DNA of 54,003 nt, counting the filler, from Bipalium vagum (lineage: Eukaryota), in assembly GCA_037834085.1 (NCBI GenBank). It is 3 parts of 3 records of this genome, joined end to end, with 100 filler letters (N's around TTAATTAATTAA, not from the genome) between each part and the next. Parts side by side here need not be neighbours in the genome. Positions count along the whole stretch, not along the records: positions 1 to 16,558 come from JBBMKC010105785.1; positions 16,659 to 35,721 come from JBBMKC010007831.1; 1 more part is not named here. One strand, given 5' to 3'. Every line of letters begins with the position of its first letter. The stretch's first letter is position 1. Below the pieces are notes generated by a model. That model saw only the letters and a program-made list of their open reading frames with translations, searched no databases and was not told the origin of the DNA. Below are positions 13,500 through 28,700 of this stretch, piece after piece. The position numbers and the translations under genes were made by a program.

Positions 13500-14130
13500 T
13501 ATGTGTAATCGGGGCTCATTCAGAAATCAAATACTTTTGATATGTTCAATAATGTAATTATATGTGAACCGAGATCAGGTTTCAAACAGCGTGGTAACAT
13601 GAAAAGTAGATCCCCTGTTAATCCTTTAAAAAGGAATGTCTGGCTCAACGAACTTTATCTCTTAGTTAATAAACAATATTTTCTCCACCACGTAACCCGT
13701 TGTTGAATATCATGGAGGAATAAATAAAATTGTTGGGTAATGTTTTAGATTTCGAAGCTTAGGAACGGATCAGAAATAGGACCAAAAAAATTTAAGTAAC
13801 GTTTTACATAAAATTTTTCGGTTCAAAATATAGTAAAGCACAATTTTATGAAAGTTCCCCAAGACACCTACTCGATTAGCAAGATAAATATTTATTCATC
13901 ACTAATATCCACTGTACAGACGGAATTTGGTTCCACCAGATTTTTACCACTTTAAATACCTTAAGAAGAACGTGAAAGGCTAAAAATTTGCTTCCAAGGA
14001 AGAACTTATAGATTCAGTGATCGAATTTTAAACCATAAATCTCCAGAGTTCAATAAATCTGCTTTCAGAGACTTGGTTGATCTCTGCCTGAAATGTGTTG
14101 CTGTATATGGTAAGCAAATAGAAAAAGAAA
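13500..14130 (+). mobile_element. degenerate mariner transposase remnant
   Basis: C-terminal fragments YPLYRRNLVPPDF / HFKYLKKNVKG*KFASKEELIDSVIEF...CLKCVAVYGKQIEK match the mariner C-terminus. Confidence 0.7.
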
Positions 14131-14225
14131 TCCTTTGTAATTGCTTGTTATATATATATATAGATAATGTAATATTCTTGCACCTCTTTCTACGTGAGTC
14201 TCACTATTATTGGGCGCATTACGTA

Positions 14226-14746
14226 TAAGAGGACCCAAAAAACAGAGTTTTAGTAACATTTATATTTTTTGTAAAATATATTCTATACAATGAAATAAAT
14301 TTTGCCCTGGTATTTATAACCAGACATATATATCGAGATTGTGGAGAAAGACAGACCCATTGATACTGTCTGCTACATTCACAAAATTTAAAGGACGAAC
14401 ATCAACATGAAAACTTCACCATTATGCGGGACAACACTAGCCCTCATATAATCCATTTACCAATTGTTTCTTGGAACAGAACGTAATCAAGTATATCACA
14501 AAACCGCCTTGTTGTCCTCACATGAACATGGTGAATCGCCTCATACTTCAGAATTTCGAGTCAAAGAGAAGAATGAAAACATTCAAGTCTATGGACAAAT
14601 AAAAATGTTCCTAGAACAGTTCTTGTATGAGCAAACAAAATACAGTTTGAACCGATTGAGAGACGACCTGAACAGCAGAATTTTATGCCACGGTAAATAT
14701 TGATCATAATTTTGTTTTTTAAAAACCATGTTTTTTGGGTTCCCCT
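14226..14746 (+). mobile_element. internally deleted Tc1/mariner element with degenerate TIRs
   Basis: Left end TA|TAAGAGGACCCAAAAAACAGAG versus right end CCATGTTTTTTGGGTTCCCCTG|TA. Internal IMRDNTSPH resembles the DNAxPH motif. Confidence 0.65.
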
Positions 14747-16418
14747 GTATATGAAAATATATTTGATATTAAATATATATAATCAAAAAAATTATAAATA
14801 TAATTAGTTAATAATTATTTAATTATTAAGTAAAAAATTAATTAATTATTAAAAATAATACCAATAATCAATTTATTTAATGTTCATTACATTAATTGAT
14901 TTTAATTTTTTCTTGTTCATACCAATAGTACGCGTCGCTTTTGGCTAGGATGTTATCACATCTCGGTCGATCTTCCTGGTTTGTTCACTTTATCACTTTC
15001 CATTGAATTCTTCACCTTCCAAAAGACGTTTCCGTAAATGGATCAAGACAAAAGATATTAGTCAAAGGAAACTTTCCAGGAAAAAGAAACAGAAACATTT
15101 ATCAATCCCACACATTCGACGTGCACCAGCAAAATGCAAATCGTATTTTTTTTCAAATTCTTGATGGCTAAAGTCAACAGAATCGAAACCAACTTCTACG
15201 TGGCTATCATTAATTAAAGCAGAACATGGATAAATCCAGTACAGTAACAACAGTTGGTCTACTTTCCATTAAGACCATCACAGAACCTGTCGACGATTGC
15301 TAACAGGAAACAGTTGCGCCGACATAGTAAGTCCAAATGCGACGTATCTCTTCAAATCAATGCAACAAGTGACTGCATTTATCCATTCTGGTGGGATCAC
15401 TGCAGCCAGAACGACATGATGATCCAGCATCAGTGGGTAGCGTCAATCAGCGAAAACAAGAACAACAGATTTGCATAGCAACTCATTACTGTCACAAGAA
15501 ATGGAGTTATTCGAATGCATCGAACTGATGGAACGGGAACAGTTGTTGCCAGCAAATGGTTTCAATAAAAGAAAATTCAGGCCCAAATTTTTGTCGGTGC
15601 AAAAAATAATTTGAATTGAATTTCACGGTCGATATGGTTTCCAGTTCACTTTGTGCCAGGAGACTTGGAGTGGGAAATGTTTTCCCACTGATGATCGTTC
15701 GGGTGTTTTTGTCAGGAAAACGAAAGAGGAGCATCTGTGGACAACTTGGAATGTGTGGAATATCACATCCAATCGCGAAATATTACACTCGGAAAATGAC
15801 GGGAATTTTCGCATTATGGTAAATATCGATTGGATTTGAATTCAAAATTAGAAACGGTTTTTTTTTCTTGGTTATACAATATTGTTATAATTCATCATGG
15901 TTATTAATAATAGATGGGACTAATCGAAGAGGGTTGGAGGAAACAATTAACCACCCAGCGGTAGATTGAAGAAGCTCACGTTAGCAAAAATTTACTTTGA
16001 ACCTATGTTCCGATGGTAAAGTCGTAAAGTCGAAGTCTTCGGTTTTCGAGCTTTCAATGAATTTGGCCTTGCAAAGTTTATTATCACAATTTCTAATCAT
16101 CTTACGCATAAATTATTCATGGCTGTCTAGACTAACGATCTTCCTGCAGATTTTATTATCATTATTATTTATTTATTACTCTTATTAAGTAGAGGGAAGT
16201 GGTAAATATTTATTCGTTTGATTATGATTTTTAATTATTCTTATTATTAATTATTATTATTATAATTATAATATTAACAAATATTGAACCTTTTGAGGTT
16301 GGCCGCATTTTTTGATTTTTGAAATAATTTAAGAACTTTTATAAATAAATCACATAAAAAATAAAAATAAAAAATAAAATAAATAATAAAAATAATAGCA
16401 ATAATAAAATAATAAAAA

Positions 16419-16658
16419 NNNNNNNNNNNNNNNNNNNNNNNNNNNNNNNNNNNNNNNNNNNNNNNNNNNNNNNNNNNNNNNNNNNNNNNNNNNNNNNNNN
16501 NNNNNNNNNNNNNNNNNNNNNNNNNNNNNNNNNNNNNNNNNNNNNNNNNNNNNNNNNANNNNNNNNNNNNNNNNNNNNNNNNNNNNNNNNNNNNNNNNNN
16601 NNTTAATTAATTAANNNNNNNNNNNNNNNNNNNNNNNNNNNNNNNNNNNNNNNNNNNN
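16419..16658. other. gap plus artificial scaffold linker (44N-TTAATTAATTAA-44N at 16559-16658)
   Basis: The 12-mer at 16603-16614 has stops in all six frames and is centred in exactly 100 nt. The same structure occurs at 35722-35821. Confidence 0.95.
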
Positions 16659-16732
16659 ACATAATAAAAATAAATTTCATTTATGTTCGTAATATTCAAT
16701 TTATTTTATTTTAATTTTTATAACTTCACTAG

Positions 16733-19700
16733 TTAAAAACGGACGAAACAAAACTTAGAGATAAGTTTCATCAACTGGAATCCATTAATTTGACTCTGAC
16801 GAAAGAAAATAACGAATTTAAATCAATTCTTGATCAAGCTGAATTTGAAAAATCACGTCTTTCCGGTGAAAAGAAGGCATTGGAACTGGTAATATTTTCT
16901 ATGGTGTAGATAATGTTTTGATGTTTTGCGTGAAGGAAAAGCATGGTATTCGAGAAGAATTGTTGCGAGTTGAAAATGAAAAGGAAGAACTGAATCAAAT
17001 GAAAGACGGACTGCATCAATCAATACAAAACGTTGAAAAATCTTATGAAAATTTACAGGACGAGTTATCAACATTAAATTACGAAAAAGTACAGCTGGAG
17101 GATTTGAATTCTTCTTTACAAAGAGAAAGAAACGTTCTGTCGACAGAGTTGCTTCAGGCTCGACGAGATGCAGAGAGACTATCGGCTGCCGTTCAGAAAT
17201 CGATGCAAGATAAAGAAACCATGTCAAAGGAGAAGGCTGATTTAATTTCACAGGTGAATTTTAATAGTGCAATAGATAATGAATATTTAAAAATAGGTAA
17301 TGATTTTTAGTATTCATAAATTTTCAGACCACAAGTCACAATATCATATCATTGATTTTGTTGCTCTTTTAATTGCTCTTTCTAAAGATTTTAATATTTA
17401 GTTGAATACATTTGAGAGAGACCTGAGAGAGAACTCCGAAACGATCTACAATCTCCAAGAGGACAAGGAGCAAATGGATGAATTGCTGTATGTAAGTCAG
17501 CAGAATATTTTACAATTGGAGGCAAAGGTTGAAAATTTGGAAGCTGCTCTTCAGGAAATAGAAAAGAAAAGAACAGCTCTCCTTGGTACGTGTCATTTGT
17601 TACTGGTTATTTTTTCACAGACATGAAATTTTAGAAGAAAAGCAACGCATTCATCACGAATTTGATATCGAATTGCAAAAGGTTGCCAAATCAAAAGATT
17701 CTTTGCAGGTAATAAAAAATATTGATTTTTTGTAAATTTTTTATCAGTACATTCTTAAATATCATCATTAAAATTATTATGACAGTACAATAGTATTGTT
17801 ACTATGTCAACGTTGTTATTGTTTTAATTATGACACTTGAAGGAAAAGAATTTCATTATCCTTTCTTTCCATAGTATGGTATTTTTTCCTAATAAATAAA
17901 TAATTTTTATTTGTAAAATAATTCCATCTGTGTGATTATATTTGTATTAAAAAATTGAAAAGTATAATTCATAATTATAGTAGTATAATTTTAAATAAAT
18001 TTTGTAATATTATAAATATAATTTAACCAATGAAAATTAATTCTTCAATTTTCTATTATTACTCAAATGACATTCATTATTTATTGACATAAAATGATCT
18101 AATTTCTTATTATTTACTATCTATAATATTTAACAAATTGACTGTCGGAAAAATTATTGCGGTGAATTAATTATTATTAATGTTTCATTTGAAACTGATC
18201 ATATGTGCATTCGCTTAATGGAAGCATATAACAATTATTGTTAGGAGACCAAAATATATTTTTCGGAGACGTCGAATCATACATATTTAACCAAATAAAA
18301 ATAGAGATAAACATGCTCATTCCTGGCCCTTCAATATGGCAAAACGTCGACGAACGTGTTTAGAGTTTCGTGAAAAACAAAGTTTATGAAAAATTATGTA
18401 TTATAAAATGTTTAATTGTCTTTAATTGCATAAATTTATTGTTCCAAACGATTTAAAATGTGGATAATTATAAAAGATCATGTATTCATGGAAATATTAT
18501 GTTTGTGACAAGTATAATTATTTCGGTTTAGTGAACATCTCCTAATTTATCTGTGTTCTATTTTTTAATGATTCTTAATATATTCAAAATTATTTCAGCA
18601 ACTCTTTTTAATAAAATTCGATTTTAAACAGTTTGACGTATTGATGAAAACAATAAAAGAAAGAATATTTACGTTTTAAAAATATTACTTAAAAATAAGT
18701 AAAATTTCTTATTTAAAGTTTAAGAAATTTAAGGTTTTCTAGAATTTTTACTTAACTATACAGTTAAATTTCTTCAATATGAAAACCACCATACCAGTTT
18801 TATTATTTCATCTAAAAAAATTATATCAGAATACGAAAAATAAAATTTTTCATTTATAACATCTGTTTATTATGAAAATTTTCATTTCTTTGAAAACCAT
18901 TAAAATCTCTATTTTCAATTACTTTGATTTTTCTTTTTTGATAATACATCAATTAATCCAAATATTTTTTAGTCTTACCTGGAAGATTATTTTGAAAGTA
19001 TTCAAGTTCTTCTGCACATTTATAGGCTTCGAATCTTACTACAAGTGTATTTTTGAACCTTGTCACAGAATCACCATCATTTTCTTTCAATTTCTCCGAA
19101 CTTTCCTTTTTTACATCTTTAGATCAAATAAAAGTTCATTTATTTTCTGATTAAGGTAAAAAAACGGAAAACCCTTTTATTCAGTGCTTTTTCATAAAAA
19201 AATAAAGGAATTGATAATTAGTGACTTCACTTATGATAACGCATATCAAAAAGAACTAGATCCCACAATCCTTACTTCTTTCAGAAAATAATTGTTTAAT
19301 TTCATGAAATTTATCTTACTTCATCACCATGTTTGGTTTAAGTCTCTATTACCTGATTGCTTTGAACTTACCTCTAAAAAGTATCGAAGATAAAGTTAAA
19401 ACTGGAACTGATGAATATATTAATAATACAAGGTTATTCTTATTTCTAATTTGCTTAGTAGCTTATCTTGTAAAGTGAAAAGGCTTTTGAGACGCAGGTC
19501 ACATACAAACCGCTAACTTATTCTTAGTAAAATTTTATGATTTTTTTTACTTTAAAAAGTTTCGTTTTGAAATAAACAATAATCAAAACATATTATCGAT
19601 ATTAAATAGAATCAATAAAATAATATTTTCAATTCATTGATACTTTATTTTGATAAATAAATATTAAAAATTATTATTATTTCAGTTAAAGCTTAATGAA

Positions 19701-22700
19701 TGTGAAAAGGAATGGAATAAAGTATTGCGAAATGAAAAACAAGCTCGAGAAGACGATATTGAACGTCTAATTGCTGAGCGAGAAGAACTAAGAACAGAAT
19801 TTCTAAAATATAAAGAAGATACTAAGTTAAAGTTCCAAGAGGAAATTGATGAGTTGCGAAATCGACTAAATCGTGATAAACAAGAACTTGCTCAGGAGAT
19901 TATTTCTATTCAACGGTACGAATTTTATTTAATATATAATTCATCACATTAACAATATTTTACTCATCAAACAATTATTATTCATTTAACAGTAGTTTCG
20001 TCGTCTTTCTTAATTAAATTATTTTTTATCTAAATAAAATGTATTGTTCAATTTACATGAAGGTTAACCATAAACTTTATAAAAAGTAAAAATGATTATT
20101 TGTACAAATGACTCAATAGTTCGGTAATTTTTTAAAATTTATTTAAGGTTGTATTAATGTTGTTTAGGATCATTTATTTCTGTACAATTTTAAAAAATAT
20201 TTTGCGTGCTACATGACAAAATGTGTTTATTGAAAAAAGTGGGTACTCTCTAAAGAGTTCTTTGTTGCGAGCTTAAGGTTTCATTTTTTAATTTAAAGTG
20301 CCAACGATGAATATAAATTTATCGAAGATGTTTATGAAAACGGTACTTAAGCTTAAAAACATTAATGAGAATTGTTTCCGCAATTCAAAACCACAAATTT
20401 TGTTGTGAATAACACAAAATATTGAAAACCATAAGAGGTATTTGAAACTGGTTTGTTATTCAATGAAGACAACGAAGTAACCTAAAAATTTTTTCGATAT
20501 CTAGCTGACGTAACTCAACCAAAATCCCAAACCGCTTACGTGACATGGGAAAAATTCCTTATGACAGAAAGAAAGAAATTTTGATTAAAAAGGTACTTCG
20601 TACATGACATAGTTGAATGTGAAAGATAATGTTTAGAATGGCATTTATTGTGTAATCTTTGAAACGTAAAATTTTTTAAATTGATACTTTAATTTTGTTG
20701 TGGTAAGAAAAGTGATCGCACCAACTGAAAAAGTTTAATAATAACCGAGGATACCACGAGATTCAGTCATTTGTGGATTAGTAGAACTAGAAAATTTCTT
20801 AATGACAAAATTCTGACTCTGGATCCACTGTTTTTAAATGGCTTGTATAAAAATAAAGCACCAGAAAATTAGAACCACCATTAAATTTTCGAATCAAAGC
20901 ATAGTAACATAGTGTGGAGTTGAGTAAAGCTGATTGATGGTAAATCTTATTGAGCGGAAACTATGAACGTTAATTAAATTTTACACTGTTCAAAATCGTT
21001 GTAATAAATATCAAGCCATTTATATTCAAATATACAAGTTTATTAAATAAAACATTTTTCATTGAAATTTTTGAAAATGATCAACTAAAACTCTAGGTCT
21101 AAAATTCGAAGTTAACTTTTTAACCTAAAATTACTTGACTAATTAATAATCATTTCTTAAGCCCATTTATTTATCAAAGAATTGTATAGATTGACGTTAT
21201 ACATTTTCAATCTTTGTTTTTATAATTTGAATCCCACTTGACATAAATCAATATTCAGGGAACGTGATGAGTGTTTGTTAGAATCTGAGTTGGAAAAGCA
21301 GCATATAATTAACGTTTTGGACAAGGAAAAGTTGTCTTTGATAGAAAAGTGTTCTCAACTGGCTGATATGTTAAAGACATCGGAAGCTGAGCTTGAACGA
21401 ACTCGAAATGAATGTGAAATTCGAGCTCAACAAGACCAAAGTATCATTCAAACCTTCAATAGTGATCTGAAAAAATTTCGACTTCAATTCGAAGAAATTC
21501 AGTAATTATATTTCATTTTTTGCTTTAATTATTAATTAATAAAAAAATGTTTCTAATAGTGTCTTACTGATTTCAGACTTATTAACATTTCATTTTCTTA
21601 CTTCGCATAGCTTTGTTTGAAATTAAAACTATACAAACATTTGCCTTTTAAAACAAAACAATTACCTAAACATTTATGAATTATTTTTGAAAATCTTTTC
21701 TCAATTTATTTTCTAACATTATTATTTTGAGATTTCAGTATTAAAGTTTTTTTTACAAGGAATTTAATAATTAAATTCAATATTTAAATTAACGTAATGT
21801 GCAACATTGATTTACTGAATTTATTTAAAAAATGAGTTAATGGTATTTTAATTAATCGTTTAAATAAATTATAAGTGAATTTAGACGAAAATTTACTCTT
21901 AAATAACATAAAAAATATTTAAATTAAAGTTATGATGTTAAATTTACTATTCATTTTATGTTTTGATAAGTAAACCGAACAGAAAACCAAAAATTTTAAA
22001 TTAATGAGTTAAAATCTTCGTTAGGTTATAAAATATTTTAATAAAATAATTTTTATTTTTATAAAATATAAAAATGTTTTTTACTGTTTCTAATTTCATT
22101 ACTAAATAACCCAAATTTATAAAAACTAAACAATCGAATATATTTTTACTGCCTAGTACTCTCATGTTATATTCAAACAATTGAATACCATCTGATTTTT
22201 CGGTAAAAAAAATTAAAGATACTTTTGAAATCCTTGGTTCTTTATACCAGAATGAAATAATAAATCAAATAGGTTGGAAATTGTTTACAAAATATATCTA
22301 TAATACATGAGATGAATAAACACAATAATGGGTTTTCTCTTAAATTCTCCATGAAATTGTTAATTTCAGCATTTCCTGAATCTTAACTATTTAGTCTGAA
22401 ATAAGTTCAAGAAATAACGATGAAAATCTGTTCTATTTGATATTGTAAAAATAATGAAAATACATAATTTAATACACATTTTTGTTCCAAACTTTAAAAT
22501 TTCGAAACCATATTCTACTCTGACTATCAATGAGCCTTTCTTCTGGTTGGTTTTCAGAATTTTAAAAAATTAGATATCACTGATTTTTTAATTAAAATTT
22601 CCTGCCTTTTTATTTATTGGAAATTCATAATTAAATTTCAAAGCTCAAAATTTAATGTCACATATTTTATGATGATGTCATTTTTATCGATAAAGGTCAA

Positions 22701-25700
22701 GGTTAAGTTGACAAAATATAAATGATGAAATAGCAATTAAATTTATATAAATATATCTTTTTCTTAAATAGGGATTTTGTCTGTTTAATGTATATATAGT
22801 GTATACAAAAAATGGTTGTATAAATTATTTTCGAAGATTTTAAATAAAACTTATTAAAATCACATTTATAAATATTAGGAATCGATTTTGATGTGGAATA
22901 TTAATAAATGACAAAAAAGAAATATATTTAATTTCCAAATTATTTTTATTATCGAAGCTTTAAAAAATAAAGACAAATTAAATGATTTTTGTTTTCACTA
23001 AATAAAGGAATAAATTACAATGGAACTTTGAGGAGTGAAATGTAATGTAAAAATATAATGAAAATTATACTTGGTTCTTTAGTGGTGTCGTTAAATCAAG
23101 AGTCAATTGTATTAACTGTTTTTAAACAAATAATGAATATATGAATATACATATATGAATATATTGTATATAATTTTTTTATAAAATAATTTAATTTGTT
23201 AAAGTATTTTTTCTTTCCTCAGTTTCTTATCTTTGATATTTCTGACATTATCAGGAAAAATTTCAAAACTCTAACTTTTGGTAACATTATCTGATCTTTT
23301 CTGTTTTGAAACTTAATTTTTGAGATTTTTTGTATTTTATTAAATTAAATTGAAAAAAAAAACATTGTTAACATTTCAGCATCGATCATGATCGAGAAAT
23401 AAAAAATTTACAATATTCACACAAGGATTTGGAAAATCAAAGATTTCAAGATAGTAAAGAAATTGAAGAACTGAGATCTCTTTTGAAAATTGCCGAAGAA
23501 ACTCGAGATAGCTTGCGACAAGATCTCACTGAATGTATGGCCAAATGTCGTGAAAGTAGCTTTGCATTAATTTTTAAATTAAAAATTTGACCATTTTCAC
23601 TTGAAGTCGATGATCAAAAAGAAAAGTTTCGCAGAGAACTAATGGATGAAAGACGAAATTTGTTGGGAGAGAAAAAAGAACTAGAAATCCTTCAATCGTC
23701 GAATAAAGAAATCCGTGAAAAGTTGAAAACCTCTGAAATACAGAAGATCGATATTCAAAGGCAATTACAAGATCTACAAAATAATTTTAAAGGTTTTACA
23801 ATTTTAAAAAATATTATTCATATTTTGCGTGATGTAAAAAATATTATTTATTAAATAATAATAATAATAATAATAATAATACTAATTTTTGTTTTTATTT
23901 AATTTTTTATTCTTATTAATATTATTAATTAATATAAATAAAATATATTGCTTCTATATTTTATTTATATTTTTAATAATATCAGAAATTTCAAGAAGAT
24001 CAACTTTTCATTAAAATATTTTTTTCGTCTCTTGACATTTTCTTTTTCTGTTTAATATTTACTAATGATCTTTGAGTAAACTTGTCCTTTATTTGTGGGA
24101 CACATTTCAGACACAATAGTTAATTTCAGGAAATTCGGAAATATTTATTTTTATGGGAAATATAAAAGAATACGTATTGTTGTTTTTTATTTATCTCAAA
24201 TCTCATAGACTGATTTTGTGAAGCAAAAAATGTAACCCTTTTAGTTTATGATTTCATTCTGAACATTATCATAGAATTACGCTTTGTGATAAGTAATTAT
24301 TTATTTATTTCCCTAATTTTATTTTAAAATCATCAACACTCGTTTGTCTTAATTTTGATAAGTATATGAAAAACGAATTCTAAATTTAATTAATAATAAT
24401 TATCATCATTATTCCTTAATTTATATATATTGTATTATTCAAGATGCTAATTATTTATTTCTCGGACATTAAAGAAGCGAGACTTGTAATACTTTTCCTT
24501 TAAAAAATCAATCGGGAGAGATTTTAATGATTTAGGAGACAAGATCTATCATACATGGGCAAAATATGGTAAGGAAATAATAATGTTAATTAATTAACAG
24601 TAGTAGTATTGTAAACAGTGAACGTGAGATGGCCGTAGACATTTTACAAAGTACATCACATGTTATTTTAAAGAGATTCGGAGCCTAATCAGATTTTCAT
24701 TATGTTTTTAAAATAAGTTGATTAAAAACAAGAATATTTTTATTATTTTAGCTTTCGTAGATTGAAGAACATTGAATAAAATAAAAATAAGAAAATAAAA
24801 TAATAAAGAAAAATAGGAATATTTATAATTGGTTTCTCTAAAATATATTTCGTTGTGGAAGAATGACGGGTTTTTTTTAATGAAAATTTAAAAATATTTT
24901 TAAAATAAATTATCTTCTTTTAAAACCAATCATTTTAAGTCTTTATTGGTTCGATTTTTCTGTATCAAACCTTGGCAAATAATTAATTCGATTGAAATAA
25001 AAATTATTTTAATATGCATATGAGAAGAATTCACGAAAATTAAAATAATTAGTTATTTGAAGCTTTGAACAGGTAGAATAAAATTTAAGGAAAAATGATT
25101 TATTTACTAAAAAAAATTGAAAGTAGTTTATAATCATTTTTATTGAAACTCTTTCAGGGAAGAAAATAGATTAATAATCAATTGTAATTATGTTTTAAAA
25201 CATTTGAAGCTTGAAAAAGATGAGAATTATTAAAAAGAAAAATAATCGAAAATGAAGCAGATTTTCTAAAATCGTAGAATTAATTCTCGAAGAAATAATG
25301 GAAAATTGATATTTATAAAAAAATATATTTTTCATATTTTATTTTTGTATTAATAAATTCTTAAAGTTAATTAAATAAGATACGTTTCGGAATTGATTTC
25401 CATTATGAGGAATTAAATAAATTTTAGAGATGGATTATAATGAAAATATAATATATTTAATATTGATTTCAAAAGATTTTACATATTGAATCTATGAAAA
25501 TAAATCTCTTTAATTTTATAAAAAAATTGAAAAAAGAACTAAAATTGATTATTAGTGAACAATAAAAAGTACAGGAGTGAGCCAAAACATTACTGGACCA
25601 AATAAAATTCCGAAAAGTTGAAGTGGGCCGTAATCCTATTCGTATGTAGTTATTATATAATTATTTATAAAATTTATAAGAAAAAATAAATAGAAAAATA

Positions 25701-28700
25701 ACTATTCAAAATTATATTTAATAACTAAATTTACTTATAAAATTCAAAGTAGTTTCATATGTTTAAAAGGGAAGTAAATCTTCATACTAAAACATTGTAT
25801 AAACTTATGATTTCATTCATGTATTTGGAGAAGTCTTTTCTGTTGCCTTTGACATTATTCAAAAGAGAAAAGTGTGTTAAATTCATTAATTTAATTTGAT
25901 TTTTATAAGATTTTTAGTAAAGTAGCTTCAAATTTCACGTTGTTATTTTTTCCTTGTATAATGGTCAAATAAAATAACTTTTATAAAATCATTATCTTGC
26001 AGTTTTGGAAGAACAGAAGTTTCTCATTCAAAAGGATTTGAAAGATACAAGATATAATTTGCAAGAGGTCTCAAAATCTAGAGCGGATATTAGTCGCGAG
26101 TTGGACGATGTAAAAAATCAAGTTAAAAAACTCAATGCCGAACGCGGAAAATTAGTCAACGAAGTCGGAGGCTTGCAAGAACGTATTCTGACAGACGAAG
26201 AAAAGGAGGTTGAAGCAAGAAAGTAAATATATATTATTTTTTAATAATTAACTTATTTACACAAAATTCTTATTAAAATAGTAAATGATTTGTTTTTAAA
26301 AGTCTAAATAATGAATTTTTATGTATATTATATAGTTTTATTATTTTTTTGATATTTATATGATATTATAGTCATATTATTAAGTTGGTTACTGTAGGTG
26401 ATGATGTAAACGAATATTTCTTACAGAATTCTATGGTATGTATTGCAGTTTCAGAAATTAATCACTGTAAAATTTTATTTCCAGCAAAAAATTTATAAAA
26501 TAAATAAAGTTTTGAAATTGTGCAATTAAAAATAAAATTTTTTCAGAGAAAATTTGGAACTGAAGCAGAAACTCATAGAATCTATATCGACAAAAGAGGA
26601 ATTGTCAAAACAGCTATATCAAATTATGAGAAAGAATGATGATTTAGAAGATCTTTTAAATAGTAAAGATAAATCTCATAGACAGTATTGTGATGAAATA
26701 TTGAATGATGGGAAAAAAATTGAAGAAATTAAATTGAATCTCGAAAATCAATTGGAAATTAGTAATTATGCCATTAAAGAACTCAGATCATCTTTGAGTT
26801 CAAGGGAAGGAAGAATTAGTGATCTGGAAAATAATATCACCATCATTGATCAGAAGAGAAAGAACGCCGAATCACGATTGGCCACTATTCACAGTCACTT
26901 GAGAAAGCTAATTGGTTTTAAGCAACAAGCGACACAATCTTTCCAGATTCGTTCTCCCAGCCCCGGCAGACAATCTCGGTCTGTATCACCGGAAAAAGGT
27001 TTGTTCTTTTAATTATTCTTGAAAAAATATTATTAAAATATGAATACAAAGACATTTATTCTTCAAAGTATTATGATATAAATAATTTACTGAAAAAATA
27101 AATAAAGAAAAATGGCTAAATACTTTATTGAAGAATTTAAAGAACAATTTTTAATGTAATTGTGAGATATTTAAAATTGAAAAATATTGGGTAGCAAAAT
27201 TTTTTATCGTTATTCATAAAAACATGAAAATTGAATAGAAAAGTAGAATAAATGTATTTATTTAAATCACTTATGTACCATTACATTAATAATCCGTTTC
27301 CATTTTGACGTAGTATCATTTTATCCAAATACTGAAAAATCTTCTGAATTTTCTTGAGAAAAATTATACCAAATATTCCTTATATTCCAGTATTCTTTTT
27401 TAATCCAACATTTTAAAATATTTTGAAACATATTTGTCATCCATGTTTCATGTTTATAGCGCAAAACGAAGCTATTAAAAATATTTTTACTTAATTTTAT
27501 CACTTTTCTTACTTTAATTTTAATACATTTTAATTCAAAACATTTAATTAAATATAATATTCATTTTCAATGTTTTTATAAAATACGAAAAAACTGTTTC
27601 TATCACCAAATACTTAATTGTTATTTTTTTAAATAATTGGTTTTCTTAAAAATAATTTCAGCTCTTTTGAAATAAATAATCAAAGAAAATCCAGTTTTTT
27701 CAATTCCTGTTGATATGAGATTTATATAATCTCAACAAAATAATCTCTCAAAATAAGTTTCTGTATAATATAAAGGAAAGACTTATTTAAATATCTCTTT
27801 GATGCAGACTAATTATTAAAAAAAATGAATTATTTTTCTCATTAAATAGTATCATGAATGATTTTTAATAAATATCATGTATGATCTATAGAAAAGCTTC
27901 ATTAACCATTTTATAATAATTTGTAATAAGATCTTATGAGTTTTAATTGTCAAAGCAAAAAGATTGCTCACATCTTTTGTTACTGACCAAGAGAATCATA
28001 AACTTTTCGACTTTAATTAATATGTCAATCAATTACATTTAAAATAAGACAAAAAACTAAGGAAAATTAAATATCTGTTGTACAATAATGCTTATCTCAC
28101 GAAATTTACTACTTTTACATGTTTTTTCTATATATAATATAATAAGAAATGAATGTAACATATTACAAAAGATTATATTGGAGAGAGTTGAAATTATTTT
28201 TGGATTTTATTATTACATAATTGTACAAATTTATTTTTAATAAGTTCAAACTTGAAAAGTAATAAAGAATGTAATATTAAATAAGTCTGTTGAATTTAAA
28301 ATAATTTTTGTAATTCAATATTAAATGAAATTAGTGTACTCGTAAACAAACTTTACACCAAATTTATCTTAAATTAATGAACTTTGTTTTAATTTAGCTG
28401 ATCTCAACTTTAATAAAAATATGGTAACAGTTAAGTAGCTTTACAACTTTAAAGTGTAAAAAAATCTTTGAATATATATTTTTGTTTAGCTGAACTATTG
28501 TCACATGTAGGTTGAAATGTAATATTTAAATTTTTAATGTAATTATTTTTATTTTAGATTATGTATAATTATCTGGCAGTGACAGATTTATCTTTGAAGA
28601 GCAATTCAAAATCAAAATCGTTGAATTGAAATATAAATTTAACTCATCCATACCAATTAAAAGAATATAAAAACGGGAAATGAATCCACCAAGTAGATCA

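Noticed and set aside
16834-17251. Minus-strand ORFs opposite rootletin exons (also 29811-29993), and plus-strand ORF 47120-47503 opposite the PLE RT
   Set aside because: Antisense shadows of real coding sequence.
25378-25410. Hammerhead-like relic on the minus strand (CTCATAA-T-GGAA..TTCC-GAAACGTATC)
   Set aside because: The CUGANGA core has two substitutions and there is no stem I. At most a dead PLE-derived remnant.
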